The notes beneath the pieces are model-generated. The model had not been told where the DNA came from. It was given only the letters and a program-made list of their open reading frames with translations, and did not search any database. DNA of 64,000 nt, taken from positions 2,560,001 to 2,624,000 of the forward strand of contig CAWJWJ010000002.1 of NCBI GenBank assembly GCA_963846575.1, in the 5' to 3' direction. Source of the DNA: an uncultured Nitrospiraceae bacterium. Its GTDB lineage: Bacteria > Nitrospirota > Nitrospiria > Nitrospirales > Nitrospiraceae. Position numbers and translations under genes: made by a program. Each line of letters starts with the position of its first letter. Positions within the stretch are counted from its first letter, which is position 1. Shown here in pieces: positions 47,547-57,934 of this stretch.

Positions 47547-49706
47547 ATGTCGCGTACGCGTCCACCGCCTATGTCAGTTCGGCATGCACAAATCGAAAGT
47601 CCGACCGCCGCCGCATCCGGCACAGACGTCCAACGACCGGCGACACGAGATCTGTCACGTCCTGAATGGTTTCTCAATCGCGAATTGAGCCTCATCGAGT
47701 TCAATCGACGGGTGCTCGACCTGGCGAAAGACCGCAGCGTGCCACTCCTGGAACGACTGAAGTATCTGTGTATCGTAAGCTCCAACTTTGATGAATTTTT
47801 CGAGGTTCGCGTCGCGGGATTGAAAGAGCAAGTCAGCCACGAGGTGGAACAAGCGGGCGCGGATGGGCTGACCCCTTCCGAACTTCTGTCGCGCATTGCC
47901 ATCCTGACGCATCAACTGGTCAGGGAGCAGTACACGGTCCTGAATCAAGCGCTCATCCCGCAATTGGCCGATCAGCGGATTCGATTTCTAAAACGCACGG
48001 AGTGGATGCCGTCCCATATTCGATGGATGCGCCGATTTTTCTCCGGCGAACTGCTGCCGCTTCTGAGTCCGGTCGGATTGGACCCCGCGCATCCGTTCCC
48101 GAAGTTGCTGAACAAGAGTCTCAATTTTCTGGTCACGCTGGAAGGGACCGACGCCTTCGGGCGCCCGAATGGCACGGCGATCGTGCAGGTGCCGCGTTCG
48201 CTCCCCCGCGTGATCCGCCTCCCCGCCCGGAGCACCACCTGGCCCCACGATTTCGCGTTCCTCTCCTCGGTGATCCATGCCTTCGTGCATCAACTCTTTC
48301 CCGGCATGCGCGTGACCGGCTGTTACCAATTTCGCGTGACACGGAACAGCAATCTCTTTGTGGACGAGGAAGACGTCGACGACCTCCGGCGAGCGCTCGA
48401 AGGTCAACTCCCTGACAGGCGGTTCGGCGACGCGGTGAGACTCGAGGTGGCGGACAACTGCCCGCCGGACCTGGTGTATTTTCTCCGCGAACAATTCCAC
48501 CTCGACGCGCAGGACGTCTATCAATGCCACGGCCCGGTCAATCTGCATCGACTGATGACGGTGCCCGACCTGGTGGAGCGCCCCGACCTCAAGTTCCAAT
48601 CCTTCGCCCCAAGCGTTCCCACCACGCCGGTACCGAGCGAGGACTGGTTTGATGCGATCCGGCAGGGCGATATTCTGCTCCATCACCCCTTTCAATCCTT
48701 CGCCCCCGTCACCGAATTCCTTCGGCAAGCCGCGACGGATCCGTCGGTCCTGACTATCAAGCAGACGCTCTATCGCACAGGTGCGGATTCGGCTATCGTC
48801 CAATCGCTCGTGGATGCTGCGCGCGGCGGGAAGGAAGTCACCGTCGTAATCGAACTGCGAGCCCGTTTCGACGAAGAGGCCAATATCGAACTGGCCCACG
48901 ACCTGGAAGAAGCCGGCGCCCATGTGGTGTACGGCGTGGTGGGGCACAAGACACATGCCAAAATGAGTCTGGTGCTCCGGCGCGAGGGCCGGCTGCTCCG
49001 GTACTATACCCACCTCGGAACCGGCAACTACCACGCCCGTAATGCGCGGCTTTATACCGACTTTGGCCTGCTGACTTGCAATACGGCGATCGGGCGGGAC
49101 GTTCGGAGGGTCTTTCAGCAACTGACCTCGTTGGGACGCCCGGGACGGCTCCAACATCTACTCCAGTCGCCCTTCACCCTGCACCCGACCTTGCTGAAGT
49201 GGATTGCCCGGGAAACCGACCGCGCCAAGCAGGGTCGCCCGGCCCATATCATCGCCAAGATGAATGCGCTCCTCGAACCGCAGATTATCCGGGCTCTCTA
49301 CAAGGCTTCACAGGCCGGGGTCAAAATCGACTTGATTGTCCGTGGCCCCTGCGCCTTGCGGCCCGGAATCGCAGGACTCTCGGAACATATCCGCGTGCGT
49401 TCGATCATCGGTCAGTTCCTCGAGCACAGCCGGATTTTCTATTTTCTCAACGACGGCGACGACCGGGTGTTTCTCTCGAGCGCTGATTGGATGGAGCGTA
49501 ACTTCTTTAGACGTGTCGAGGTGGCGTTTCCGGTGCTGGATAAGACGTTGCGTCAGCGGGTCATCGATGAAGGCCTCCGCCCTTATCTTGAAGACAATAC
49601 CCACGCCTGGATTCTGCACCGGGACGGCACCTACCGGCGGATGACACCCGGACGCCGGACTGCGCGCTCGGCCCAGCAATGCCTGATGAAAACTCTGGTT
49701 CCGTAG
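47547..49706 (+). CDS. ppk1: Polyphosphate kinase 1 (start uncertain)
   Basis: NRELS..EFNRRVL, SNFDEFFEVRV, HPFP, HHPF, ARFDEE, KTHAK, GTGNY, LEHSR, SADWM. Confidence 0.97.
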   Translation: MSRTRPPPMSVRHAQIESPTAAASGTDVQRPATRDLSRPEWFLNRELSLIEFNRRVLDLAKDRSVPLLERLKYLCIVSSNFDEFFEVRVAGLKEQVSHEVEQAGADGLTPSELLSRIAILTHQLVREQYTVLNQALIPQLADQRIRFLKRTEWMPSHIRWMRRFFSGELLPLLSPVGLDPAHPFPKLLNKSLNFLVTLEGTDAFGRPNGTAIVQVPRSLPRVIRLPARSTTWPHDFAFLSSVIHAFVHQLFPGMRVTGCYQFRVTRNSNLFVDEEDVDDLRRALEGQLPDRRFGDAVRLEVADNCPPDLVYFLREQFHLDAQDVYQCHGPVNLHRLMTVPDLVERPDLKFQSFAPSVPTTPVPSEDWFDAIRQGDILLHHPFQSFAPVTEFLRQAATDPSVLTIKQTLYRTGADSAIVQSLVDAARGGKEVTVVIELRARFDEEANIELAHDLEEAGAHVVYGVVGHKTHAKMSLVLRREGRLLRYYTHLGTGNYHARNARLYTDFGLLTCNTAIGRDVRRVFQQLTSLGRPGRLQHLLQSPFTLHPTLLKWIARETDRAKQGRPAHIIAKMNALLEPQIIRALYKASQAGVKIDLIVRGPCALRPGIAGLSEHIRVRSIIGQFLEHSRIFYFLNDGDDRVFLSSADWMERNFFRRVEVAFPVLDKTLRQRVIDEGLRPYLEDNTHAWILHRDGTYRRMTPGRRTARSAQQCLMKTLVP

Positions 49707-50201
49707 ATTCTTCCTGGCGCACGCTTCCCTCCATGCCATTCACTTCATCTTCGCCTCAGCCCGGGCATTGTGGCCCGATGCCCCGACAATCAGACGACAC
49801 CACTCCGGCCCTCAGGATCGGGACTCACGCGCATTGCCACGCGTTCCGGCCTCGTACACAGTATGGGTATTGCTTTCCATTCCGCTGGCAATGATGCCGC
49901 ACGCAATCCAGCCCTCCGCACTGCATGAATTTTGATCCGGTCCAGGACCGGGGAGGAATCCTGCGGCGGCTTCACGGGACTTCTGTGAACCGGATCGCGT
50001 GCGGCACTTCATGATCAGAATTATGCCGGTGTCCGGGAACTGGACTCCGTCAGCACATTCCACGCCGGAAGCCGAACGGGAGAACCGCTTGTCATGAAGA
50101 TGGGGGCCCTGTCGGCACTCCCCAGACAGCCGTCGCCAGACAGACGCTCCTGTTTCATCCAGCGCCGGGGCGCTTCACACTTTCACTCAGGCCGGCAGGA
50201 C

Positions 50202-50516
50202 CTAGATCGCATCCGCCGCGAGCTGTTCAATCCGTGCCTCAATGCACCCCGTGCAGAGCACAGCCTGGGGCTGGGTCCGGAGTCGCGACAAAGGGATCGC
50301 TCGGTGACATTCACGGCAGAGACCATAGGACAACTCGAGCATGTGATCCAAGGCGCGTTCGATGTGGCGGAGGTGGGCCGACGTATGTTGTGCGATCACA
50401 TTCTCAAGCGACCATCGCTGCGAGAATGCGCCCGTGGCAGGAACATCCTCCGGCCTCTTGCCCGGAAGGGGAGCCCACTCCAAGGCTCGTCGCAATAATG
50501 CTCGTCTCGCGCTCAT
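50202..50516 (-). CDS. TraR/DksA C4-type zinc finger protein (start uncertain; possibly frameshifted)
   Basis: IERAL...YGLCREC..I...RL...P...LCTGC. Confidence 0.75.
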   Translation of the reverse strand: MSARRALLRRALEWAPLPGKRPEDVPATGAFSQRWSLENVIAQHTSAHLRHIERALDHMLELSYGLCRECHRAIPLSRLRTQPQAVLCTGCIEARIEQLAADAI

Positions 50517-50700
50517 CAATTCTCTGCGTAATATGGAGACCTCAGGCGGCGCGCATGGGACAGGAATCTCGGAGAATCTTGGACAAGGCTCATGGTACCC
50601 CTCCTGTAAAGGATTATCCTGACGAGTGGACAATACAGGTCCCGGGTAACGACGGATTTAGTGGAAAGTAAACTTCTGCTTAACAGACAGGATCGTCAGG

Positions 50701-51450
50701 CTACTGTACGGTCGCCTGACGCCGTTCAATGACAGGAATCCAACTGCGTTCCAGATCACGCCTGGCGGCCGCAAGAAACCGTTCCTCCGCCTTCGCATCC
50801 CGACTACCCCGGCTCAGCACCACGGAATGGACGGCAAAAAAGGCAGGCGTTCCAATCACCCGGATGTCGTCCATCACTCGGACGAGCGGTTTGCCCCAGA
50901 ACACCTCGAAATAATGTGCCTGCACCGCATCGGCTGCTTTCTCCTCGATCACCATCGATGAGGGTCCCATCTCGTACTCCCCCATAAAACTGATGCCGCC
51001 GGCCGCAACCGTGGTATCGGTCTGTTTCACCATGGCTCCGGGCAGCAGAAACAGGGTCACCTCGCGCACCTTGCCGAACCCTTTCTCTGAAGTGCTGAAC
51101 GCAACGGCAGCATAGCGCCCGGGTGGGACGTTTTGAACATAGACCGTGCCCCCCTCCCCGCCATCGGCAGATGGCGTCATGATGCTTGTCGGGATAAGCT
51201 TCGTGCCTTCCAGAAGGTCACGCTCTTTTTCGACCTTCACCAGATACACTCGATCTTCGGTATTAGGCACCCATCCGGAGCTCCTGATCGTGATTCCGAC
51301 CACCGCGCTCTGCTGATCGACCGGCTGGGTAATGTGAACCGGCGAGACAAACTCTCCGGCCAGACGTTGAAATTGTTTTTGAGGCTTGCTCGAACAAGCT
51401 CCGCTTACAACGACGGCCAGGACAACTATCAGCATCATGAGTCGGGTCAT
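50701..51450 (-). CDS. Putative lipoprotein of unknown function
   Basis: Hydrophobic signal peptide with SGAC lipobox; GAGGG SD. Confidence 0.75.
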   Translation of the reverse strand: MTRLMMLIVVLAVVVSGACSSKPQKQFQRLAGEFVSPVHITQPVDQQSAVVGITIRSSGWVPNTEDRVYLVKVEKERDLLEGTKLIPTSIMTPSADGGEGGTVYVQNVPPGRYAAVAFSTSEKGFGKVREVTLFLLPGAMVKQTDTTVAAGGISFMGEYEMGPSSMVIEEKAADAVQAHYFEVFWGKPLVRVMDDIRVIGTPAFFAVHSVVLSRGSRDAKAEERFLAAARRDLERSWIPVIERRQATVQ

Positions 51451-51644
51451 GTCGGTCCCTCTAGGTGGATGAAGCGCGGTGGCGGCGCCACAGTGTAGGA
51501 GATTGCGCAGGGCGGCTCAAGATGTGATTTTAATCGCAGATAGGAGCGAAGTGATCCGGTCCGAATGGCCATGAGGCAGAGCCCCATCACCGAGATACTT
51601 TCCTGGATTCATGGGGGCAGGGGCAAGGACGGTCCGACGGTAGA

Positions 51645-52892
51645 TCAGCGGACCGGATGAAGGTCTGCAGCAGTTTTCCCTTGGTTTTGATTGTCCAACA
51701 GCAATCGCTTCGAAACGGCCTTGGCGCGTTCCTCGAGGCGTTCGGCCTCCCCTGATCGCTGCCTCCGCCTTAACAGTGAGGCATAGCTCTTCAACGTTTT
51801 GGCATAGGCTTCGCGATCATAGCCGACGGCATGTTCGTAAATTCCTAGTGCCTGCTTGTAGAGTTCCTCAGACTGCTCCAGCCGGTTCTGCGCTTCATAG
51901 AGTCCGGCCAGATTCTTCAGTTCAGCGGCCACCTGTGGCGTTTCGGCCCCATGTCGCTTTTCACGAATCGCAATCGCCTGCTGAAAGAGCGGCTCCGCCT
52001 GCGAATAAAGGCCCTGTAGTTCATACAATTGTCCCAAGCGGCTCATGGCCTCAGCCGTATCCACATGGTCGTTTCCGAGAGATGTCCTGAAGATTTTGAC
52101 CGCCCGCTGATACAACACTTCAGCCTGGGGGTATTGGTTCTGAGCCCTGTAGGTGTCCGCAAGATTCTCGAGATTTCTGGCCACGATCGGATGATTCGGG
52201 CCAAACGCTTTTTCATGGATCGTCAGCGCCCGTTGGTACAGCGGCATGGCGCGGGCATGTTGTCCCTGTGCCTGGTAGATTTTCGCCAGATTGTCGCGTG
52301 TGATGGCCGTGAGGCTATGCTCCGGCCCCATCTGTTTCTCAAAGATGGCGAGTGCCCGTTGCAGCAGGGGCTCGGCATCGGCAAATCGCCGCTGATCCTG
52401 GTAGACGACGGCGATGTTGTTCAGGCTCTCGGCGGTCTTGCTGTGATCCGCGCCATACACCTTCTCGCGAATCTCCCTGGCCCGTTGGTGAAGGGCTTCC
52501 GACTGTGTGTACAGTCCTTGCAATCGATAGAGTTCGCCCAGGTCGGTCAAACTCGACGCCGTCTCGGCATGGGCCGGTCCATATACACGCTCCCTGATGG
52601 CGAGGGCTTCCTGGAAAAGTGCTTCGGCTCGAGGATAACGCCCCAACTCGCGATTCACCTGGCCCAGTTGGCTCAGGGTTTCGGCCAGGCGTTTTCCCTG
52701 CGGATCAAGCACATCCGCCTCCTTGCGGGCAGCCACATAGGCCTCCTCGGCACGGGTATAGTCGCCGGAGCGCATGGCGGTATCACCCTCCCGCATGGCT
52801 GAACGCCAACGCTGATCCTCGGCACACCCAGTGAGGAATGCCAGGAAGGCCATGCCGATGATGGGCAAACGCGCTCTCGATCGGATATTCAT
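51645..52892 (-). CDS. TPR (kinesin-light-chain-like, 42-aa repeat) lipoprotein
   Basis: LTGC lipobox; about 8 repeats of A.SL..L..LY..QG.Y..AE.L.QRAL.I.E...G..H; start uncertain (52892 or 52907). Confidence 0.88.
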   Translation of the reverse strand: MNIRSRARLPIIGMAFLAFLTGCAEDQRWRSAMREGDTAMRSGDYTRAEEAYVAARKEADVLDPQGKRLAETLSQLGQVNRELGRYPRAEALFQEALAIRERVYGPAHAETASSLTDLGELYRLQGLYTQSEALHQRAREIREKVYGADHSKTAESLNNIAVVYQDQRRFADAEPLLQRALAIFEKQMGPEHSLTAITRDNLAKIYQAQGQHARAMPLYQRALTIHEKAFGPNHPIVARNLENLADTYRAQNQYPQAEVLYQRAVKIFRTSLGNDHVDTAEAMSRLGQLYELQGLYSQAEPLFQQAIAIREKRHGAETPQVAAELKNLAGLYEAQNRLEQSEELYKQALGIYEHAVGYDREAYAKTLKSYASLLRRRQRSGEAERLEERAKAVSKRLLLDNQNQGKTAADLHPVR

Positions 52893-53116
52893 ATCAATCA
52901 ACTTCACGCTGTAAGGGTTGGTGTTCGGAGACCAGTCGCTTCGTGGGTGATGGATAGACTTACCTGCTCTGCCCCCTCAAATCAACCCTGGAGTTGATAC
53001 TTTTTTGTGCCTGATCTCCAGGCCTTATATTTCAACATCTTTATGGATCAGTCAGGGGGCCGCGCGGAACCGGAGGACGGCTCAGTTCTGGGACGGCTGA
53101 AGCGATGAGGCGGATG

Positions 53117-55135
53117 TCATCGCTGTTCGGCGGGGTGGTCGATCTGCGGTGCCAGCCTGGCAATCGTCGACGTATCGTAGGGCAACACGCTGAATACCTT
53201 GGCCACGTCGATGGCCGGCTTACCGGGACGCAGCACCCGTTGTACCAACGTCGCCAGCCACGAGATCGGCACGAGCAGCATCCTTGGGAGCCAGACCACC
53301 GTCAGGTCGGGGTTGGCCTGACGCAGACGATCCAGGAGTTCTCGTTTGGTGGGGGAGACGGGATCGAGCAGATTCAGCGGCGTCGGGACGGGGTCCCAGG
53401 CTTCCGTCATCCAGCCAAGAAACCGTCCGGCGAACCCGACATCCACGACCCCCAGACGGTCCTTTGATGAACCGACAGCCACGAAGAAATTGCCCAGACG
53501 TTTTCCGAGCCGTCCCGGCGGATCAAAGTCGCGATAGTCCACCAGAGCGCCCGGGCGAACGACCTTCACCGAGAGGCCCAGTTCCTTTCCCAATCGTACT
53601 GCGAGTCGTTCCGATTCGAGCTTTCCCCAGACATAGGGACCAGACCCCTTACTGTCCGGCTCCAAGGGATGGTCATCGCCGATCGGGGAACCGCTTCCTT
53701 GCGCCAGCACCGCTAAGCTGCTGACGTGAACGAACTTCCGAATGCCCGCCGCTGCGGCTCCCCGGACCATATGCTCCGTCGCATCTAACGAATTGCGCTG
53801 GTGCTCGGGCCACCCGCCGGCGGTTTCCGCGGCCGCATGCACGACCGTGTCCACTCCTTTAAAAAGGGCTGTCGGGGCCGCGGCCGCGACATCCGCCACC
53901 ACATATTCAGCGCCGGCAATCCGCTCCCAAGGAGAAGGATCCCGGCGTGCCACCACGCGGACAGGACGGCCGCCCGAGAGTAAGGCGCGCACAATTTCCT
54001 TTCCTAGAAATCCCGTACCACCGGTCACCAGGACACCCCGTTGATCGACAGGCTTCGGCGCCGCCGCTGCCAGCGCCTTGGCCTCCCCCACCTTGAGGGC
54101 CTGTGCCACGCGTTCACAGATGCGCACCGTTTCCAACAGACTGTCGGGCGACAAGGGAGAGGGCCCGCCGCTACGCGCCGATTCGTAGAAGGCGGTAAAG
54201 AGTTCGGCCAACCCCGGATAGCTCCGCTGGCTCTTGAGGAAGCGACCCGCCATGGCGGACGTCGTGCCGGTCAGCAATTGCCAGGCCTGTCGATAGGGTG
54301 CAAATAACTTATCGATGCCGGACGAGCCCGGGCCAATGGCCCGCTGCGTCGTACTGCGCACGTAATCGGCAATTAACGACCCGTTTCGCCCGATCACACG
54401 CAGATAACTCTCGACTGGGCGTCCCTCCAGCGTCACGATCAGGGTTCCGGTCACTCCCCCACGTCGCACGAGTGCATGCACCGTTCCTGCCTGACTCACT
54501 TCCAGCGACAGTAGCTCGGTACGCCCCTCGACGGCCTGTTCCAACACCTGGAGCAACAGATAGACGGGGTGCGGCAGAATGTCGAGCAACTGATGGTCGG
54601 CGCGAAGTACTTTACGGCCGCCCGGCGCATGGCGGACGGTCCGAAACGAAAAATAACTTTCGACATGCACGACTCGCCCGAGCGCAGGCAGATACCGAGT
54701 CAACACCCGGGTGGGCGGTTCATACAGCAATTGATGGCCGGCACAGACCCGGAGATTTCTGGCCCTGGCGTCATCCAGGATCTGCCGCGCATCCTCTACC
54801 GACTCGGTAAAGGGTTTTTCGACATAAATATGACAGCCAGCCTTGAGTGCCATCCGGGCAAGCGCGGCATGAGAGGCCGGCGGAGTGATGATGTGGACCA
54901 CGTTGAGGCGTTCGGAGGCGAAGAGTTCCTCCGGCGTGTTGAAACAGGCGATGCCCGGCACGATGTCGCGCATGGCAGCCTGCGCGGCTTCAGAGGGGTC
55001 GGCCACCGCCACGAGTTGAACCCCTGCACAACGCACGATGGCGCGAGCATGGTGCTGCGCGTGGCGACCTGCACCGATGAGCGCAATCCGCAATGGACGG
55101 GAATCGGTGTGAGTTGTGGAGCTAGGGTATGTCAC
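53117..55135 (-). CDS. Fusion of a Gfo/Idh/MocA oxidoreductase and an NAD-dependent epimerase/dehydratase (extended SDR)
   Basis: N-terminal IGAGRHA, VEKPF, DILPH; C-terminal VTGGTGFLG, HAAA, HVSS, YVWGK. Confidence 0.85.
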   Translation of the reverse strand: MTYPSSTTHTDSRPLRIALIGAGRHAQHHARAIVRCAGVQLVAVADPSEAAQAAMRDIVPGIACFNTPEELFASERLNVVHIITPPASHAALARMALKAGCHIYVEKPFTESVEDARQILDDARARNLRVCAGHQLLYEPPTRVLTRYLPALGRVVHVESYFSFRTVRHAPGGRKVLRADHQLLDILPHPVYLLLQVLEQAVEGRTELLSLEVSQAGTVHALVRRGGVTGTLIVTLEGRPVESYLRVIGRNGSLIADYVRSTTQRAIGPGSSGIDKLFAPYRQAWQLLTGTTSAMAGRFLKSQRSYPGLAELFTAFYESARSGGPSPLSPDSLLETVRICERVAQALKVGEAKALAAAAPKPVDQRGVLVTGGTGFLGKEIVRALLSGGRPVRVVARRDPSPWERIAGAEYVVADVAAAAPTALFKGVDTVVHAAAETAGGWPEHQRNSLDATEHMVRGAAAAGIRKFVHVSSLAVLAQGSGSPIGDDHPLEPDSKGSGPYVWGKLESERLAVRLGKELGLSVKVVRPGALVDYRDFDPPGRLGKRLGNFFVAVGSSKDRLGVVDVGFAGRFLGWMTEAWDPVPTPLNLLDPVSPTKRELLDRLRQANPDLTVVWLPRMLLVPISWLATLVQRVLRPGKPAIDVAKVFSVLPYDTSTIARLAPQIDHPAEQR

Positions 55136-55596
55136 AAGTAGTCAGTGAGTTGCCAGCGCTACTATAGTCTATTCTCGTACGTTCTTGAAGTCTTCTCAAA
55201 ATTCCTGCACGGCGCAGACTAATCTCGACTCCGCATCGAACATCGGCCTGGGCGCTTCGAATGCCCCGCACCGCCAGCTGTGATCGGCAGGTGAGGGCAG
55301 GCCCGGCTGCTGCGCATCTTGCCCGGTCTCCATCGATCCCAGCAGCCCGGCTGCATCGTGCTACCCCTGCAAACACTACAATGCCGGCATGCGGATCACA
55401 TGGGCGTATAGATCCATTCGAGCGCCGCCAGTCCCCGGTGCTGTACGAGAGGGAATCGTGAACCCGTCAAAATCAGGCTACGTACATGGTCGTGAAGCCG
55501 AGACACCAGAACGATCGGCTTCAGAGAATCGCACGGACCTGGAGCTGACGTGCGGGTGGGGAACTAGAAGAGGTTCCGGCCGGCTGGACGATCCCA

Positions 55597-56712
55597 TCAA
55601 TGTTTGCGATAGAAGGCCGAAATGGTCTGCACGACATACTGAAGTTGTTCGTCCGTCAACTCCGCATAGATGGGCAGGGACAGCACTTCTTCGGCGGCAC
55701 GTTCAGATTGCGGAAAGGCGCCCTTCACGTATCCCAGATCACGATAACAATTCTGCAGGTGCAGCGGCAGCGGATAATACACCTCCGTCCCCACCCCATG
55801 CTCTTTCAAATAGCCTCGCAACTCATCACGTTTCCGAACCCGGAGAGTGAATTGATTATAGACATGGAAATTGTCGGCCTCCAGGACGGGCAAGGTGACA
55901 CGATCCAGGCCGGCCTCCGTAAATAACTGCACGTACCGCGCGGCATTCCGGCGTCGCCCTTCGGCCCACTGGTCCAATCGCTTCAATTTCACCAGCAAGA
56001 CGGCGGCCTGCAGCGCATCGAGACGGCTATTGATGCCGATCGCTTCGTGAACGTAGCGCACGCGGCTCCCATGCACCCGCAGCATCGCGATGGATTCGGC
56101 CAACGCCTGATCGTTCGTCGTGACCATGCCGGCATCACCGAATCCTCCCAGATTCTTCGAGGGAAAGAAACTGAAGCAGGCCAGGTCGCCCAACACACCG
56201 GCGCGCCGACCCTGCCGGCCTGCACCGATGGCCTGACAGGCATCTTCAATCACGCCGACCTGACGTGATCGTGCAATCTCGCTGATCGTGCCCATGTCGG
56301 CGCATTGCCCGAACAGGTGTACCGGGATAATCGCCTTCGTCCGTTTCGTCATGGCCCGCTCCAGCAAACCCGGATCCATGTTGAACGTGTCCGGGCGGAT
56401 ATCAATAAACACCGGTATTGCACCCAAGCGAGAAATCGCCCCGGCCGTGGCAAAAAACGTGAACGGCACAGTGACCACTTCGTCCCCTGGCTTGACCCCC
56501 AGCGCCATCAGCCCCAGCACGAGCGCATCGCTTCCGGATGCGACCCCGACGGCATAGGCACTGCCGACGTACTTCGCGACGGCCTGCTCCAACGCCACGA
56601 CGCGCGGACCGAGGATAAATCCCTGCTCATCGCAGGTGGCTTCGATCGCAGCCAGAATTTCGGTGCGCATCGATTGGTATTGGGCTTTGAGATCAAGTAG
56701 CGGAATGTTCAT
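55597..56712 (-). CDS. DegT/DnrJ/EryC1/StrS nucleotide-sugar aminotransferase
   Basis: SGSDAL, PVHLFGQ, EDACQAIG, SFFPSKNLGGFGDAG, NSRLD. Confidence 0.95.
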   Translation of the reverse strand: MNIPLLDLKAQYQSMRTEILAAIEATCDEQGFILGPRVVALEQAVAKYVGSAYAVGVASGSDALVLGLMALGVKPGDEVVTVPFTFFATAGAISRLGAIPVFIDIRPDTFNMDPGLLERAMTKRTKAIIPVHLFGQCADMGTISEIARSRQVGVIEDACQAIGAGRQGRRAGVLGDLACFSFFPSKNLGGFGDAGMVTTNDQALAESIAMLRVHGSRVRYVHEAIGINSRLDALQAAVLLVKLKRLDQWAEGRRRNAARYVQLFTEAGLDRVTLPVLEADNFHVYNQFTLRVRKRDELRGYLKEHGVGTEVYYPLPLHLQNCYRDLGYVKGAFPQSERAAEEVLSLPIYAELTDEQLQYVVQTISAFYRKH

Positions 56713-56724
56713 CGTGCCTCCCGT

Positions 56725-57921
56725 TCAACCTCCTGATCGATTCGTCTGCAGCCGCATCACGTCCCGGTCCGGACAAGCGGCATGCATGAGATACGTGTAG
56801 AGAGACTGGTACTGCTTGACCGTCTCTTGAATCGTAAACTCTTCGGGAAATTCACTTTCGCTCATCCGAAGCTCCGTTCGGTAGCGCTCGTCTTCGAGTA
56901 TCTGACCGACCCGGTCGGCCATGGCCTGTATGTCCCCCGGCTGGCAGAGCGTTCCTTGTGTATGTTCCACGATCGCCTCTGCGGCACCTCCCACACGAGT
57001 AGCCACAATCGGAATTCGACTGGCTCTGGCCTCCAGCAACACACAGGGCAATCCCTCCCACCGGGACGTCAGCACGAACACGTCGAAGGCTTTCAAGAGG
57101 GTCACGACGTCGCGACGCCAGCCCAGCAGCGTGACACGCTCCTGAAGTCCCTCGGTCCGTATCAGGGCCTCGACTTGCGGGCGCAACGCTCCATCGCCGA
57201 CCAAGACGCATCTGGCCATCGGAAAACGTTGACAGATGCGCGCAGCCACGCGGATAAAATCGTCGGGAGATTTTTGTGGTTTTAAACACGAAACCGTTCC
57301 TACCAGCAGATGATCAGGCCCGATTCCCAGTTCCTCTCGAAGTCGGTCGCGTTCCGCAGGGGCGATGCGTGCAGTAAAGGGCGCAGGATCGATCCCGGGC
57401 CTCACGACCGAGACCTTCGAGGCGGAAAAGAGCCCCCACTTGATTCCCTGGAGGCGATCCGCTTGCGACACCGCAATCCAATGAGTGGTCACCCGACCCG
57501 CCGTACGTTCCAGCGCGATCAATACCCGCCTGAACCAGAGAGGCTGCGCGGGAGTCACGCCATACCCATGTATCGTGTGCAGGATACAAGGGACCCCTGC
57601 CAGCCACGCCGCCAATCGTCCTAGGATACCAGCTTTTGAACTATGGGTGTGTACAATCTTTGGCCGCAGATGCCTGAAGAGACGCACTAACTCATAGAGG
57701 GCGCGCAGGTCGTTCAGCGGGTGAACCTCCCGCACGAGAGAGGGAACGATACAGACCTCGACGCCGTCGAGCGCACGCGCCTCATCGGTCAGCAGACCAT
57801 CAGGTCCCGCAACCAGGACCGGCCGGAAACGGTTCCGGTCCAGACCGGCCACGACCTGCATGGCCATTTCCTGCGCCCCGCCCAGTTCGAGTTTAGTGAT
57901 GACGTGACAAACGACCTGCAT
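56725..57921 (-). CDS. Glycosyltransferase family 4
   Basis: GGAQ, HTHSSKAG, SRWEGLPCVLLEA (EX7E). Confidence 0.93.
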   Translation of the reverse strand: MQVVCHVITKLELGGAQEMAMQVVAGLDRNRFRPVLVAGPDGLLTDEARALDGVEVCIVPSLVREVHPLNDLRALYELVRLFRHLRPKIVHTHSSKAGILGRLAAWLAGVPCILHTIHGYGVTPAQPLWFRRVLIALERTAGRVTTHWIAVSQADRLQGIKWGLFSASKVSVVRPGIDPAPFTARIAPAERDRLREELGIGPDHLLVGTVSCLKPQKSPDDFIRVAARICQRFPMARCVLVGDGALRPQVEALIRTEGLQERVTLLGWRRDVVTLLKAFDVFVLTSRWEGLPCVLLEARASRIPIVATRVGGAAEAIVEHTQGTLCQPGDIQAMADRVGQILEDERYRTELRMSESEFPEEFTIQETVKQYQSLYTYLMHAACPDRDVMRLQTNRSGG

Positions 57922-57934
57922 GGAATCCCTGGTC

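Noticed and set aside
46826..49157. Long minus-strand ORFs 46826..47902 and 47988..49157
   Set aside because: Antisense shadows of ppk1 and its upstream gene
49707..50201. About 500-bp gap after ppk1 with short ORFs
   Set aside because: No convincing SD, protein motif or RNA structure
52981..52998. ATCAAC-N6-GTTGAT palindrome as an FNR box
   Set aside because: Half-sites are in the reverse orientation and the spacing differs from TTGAT-N4-ATCAA
55136..55596. 461-bp gap in the glycan cluster as an IS remnant or ops/JUMPstart element
   Set aside because: No terminal inverted repeats, transposase fragment or GGCGGTAG match seen
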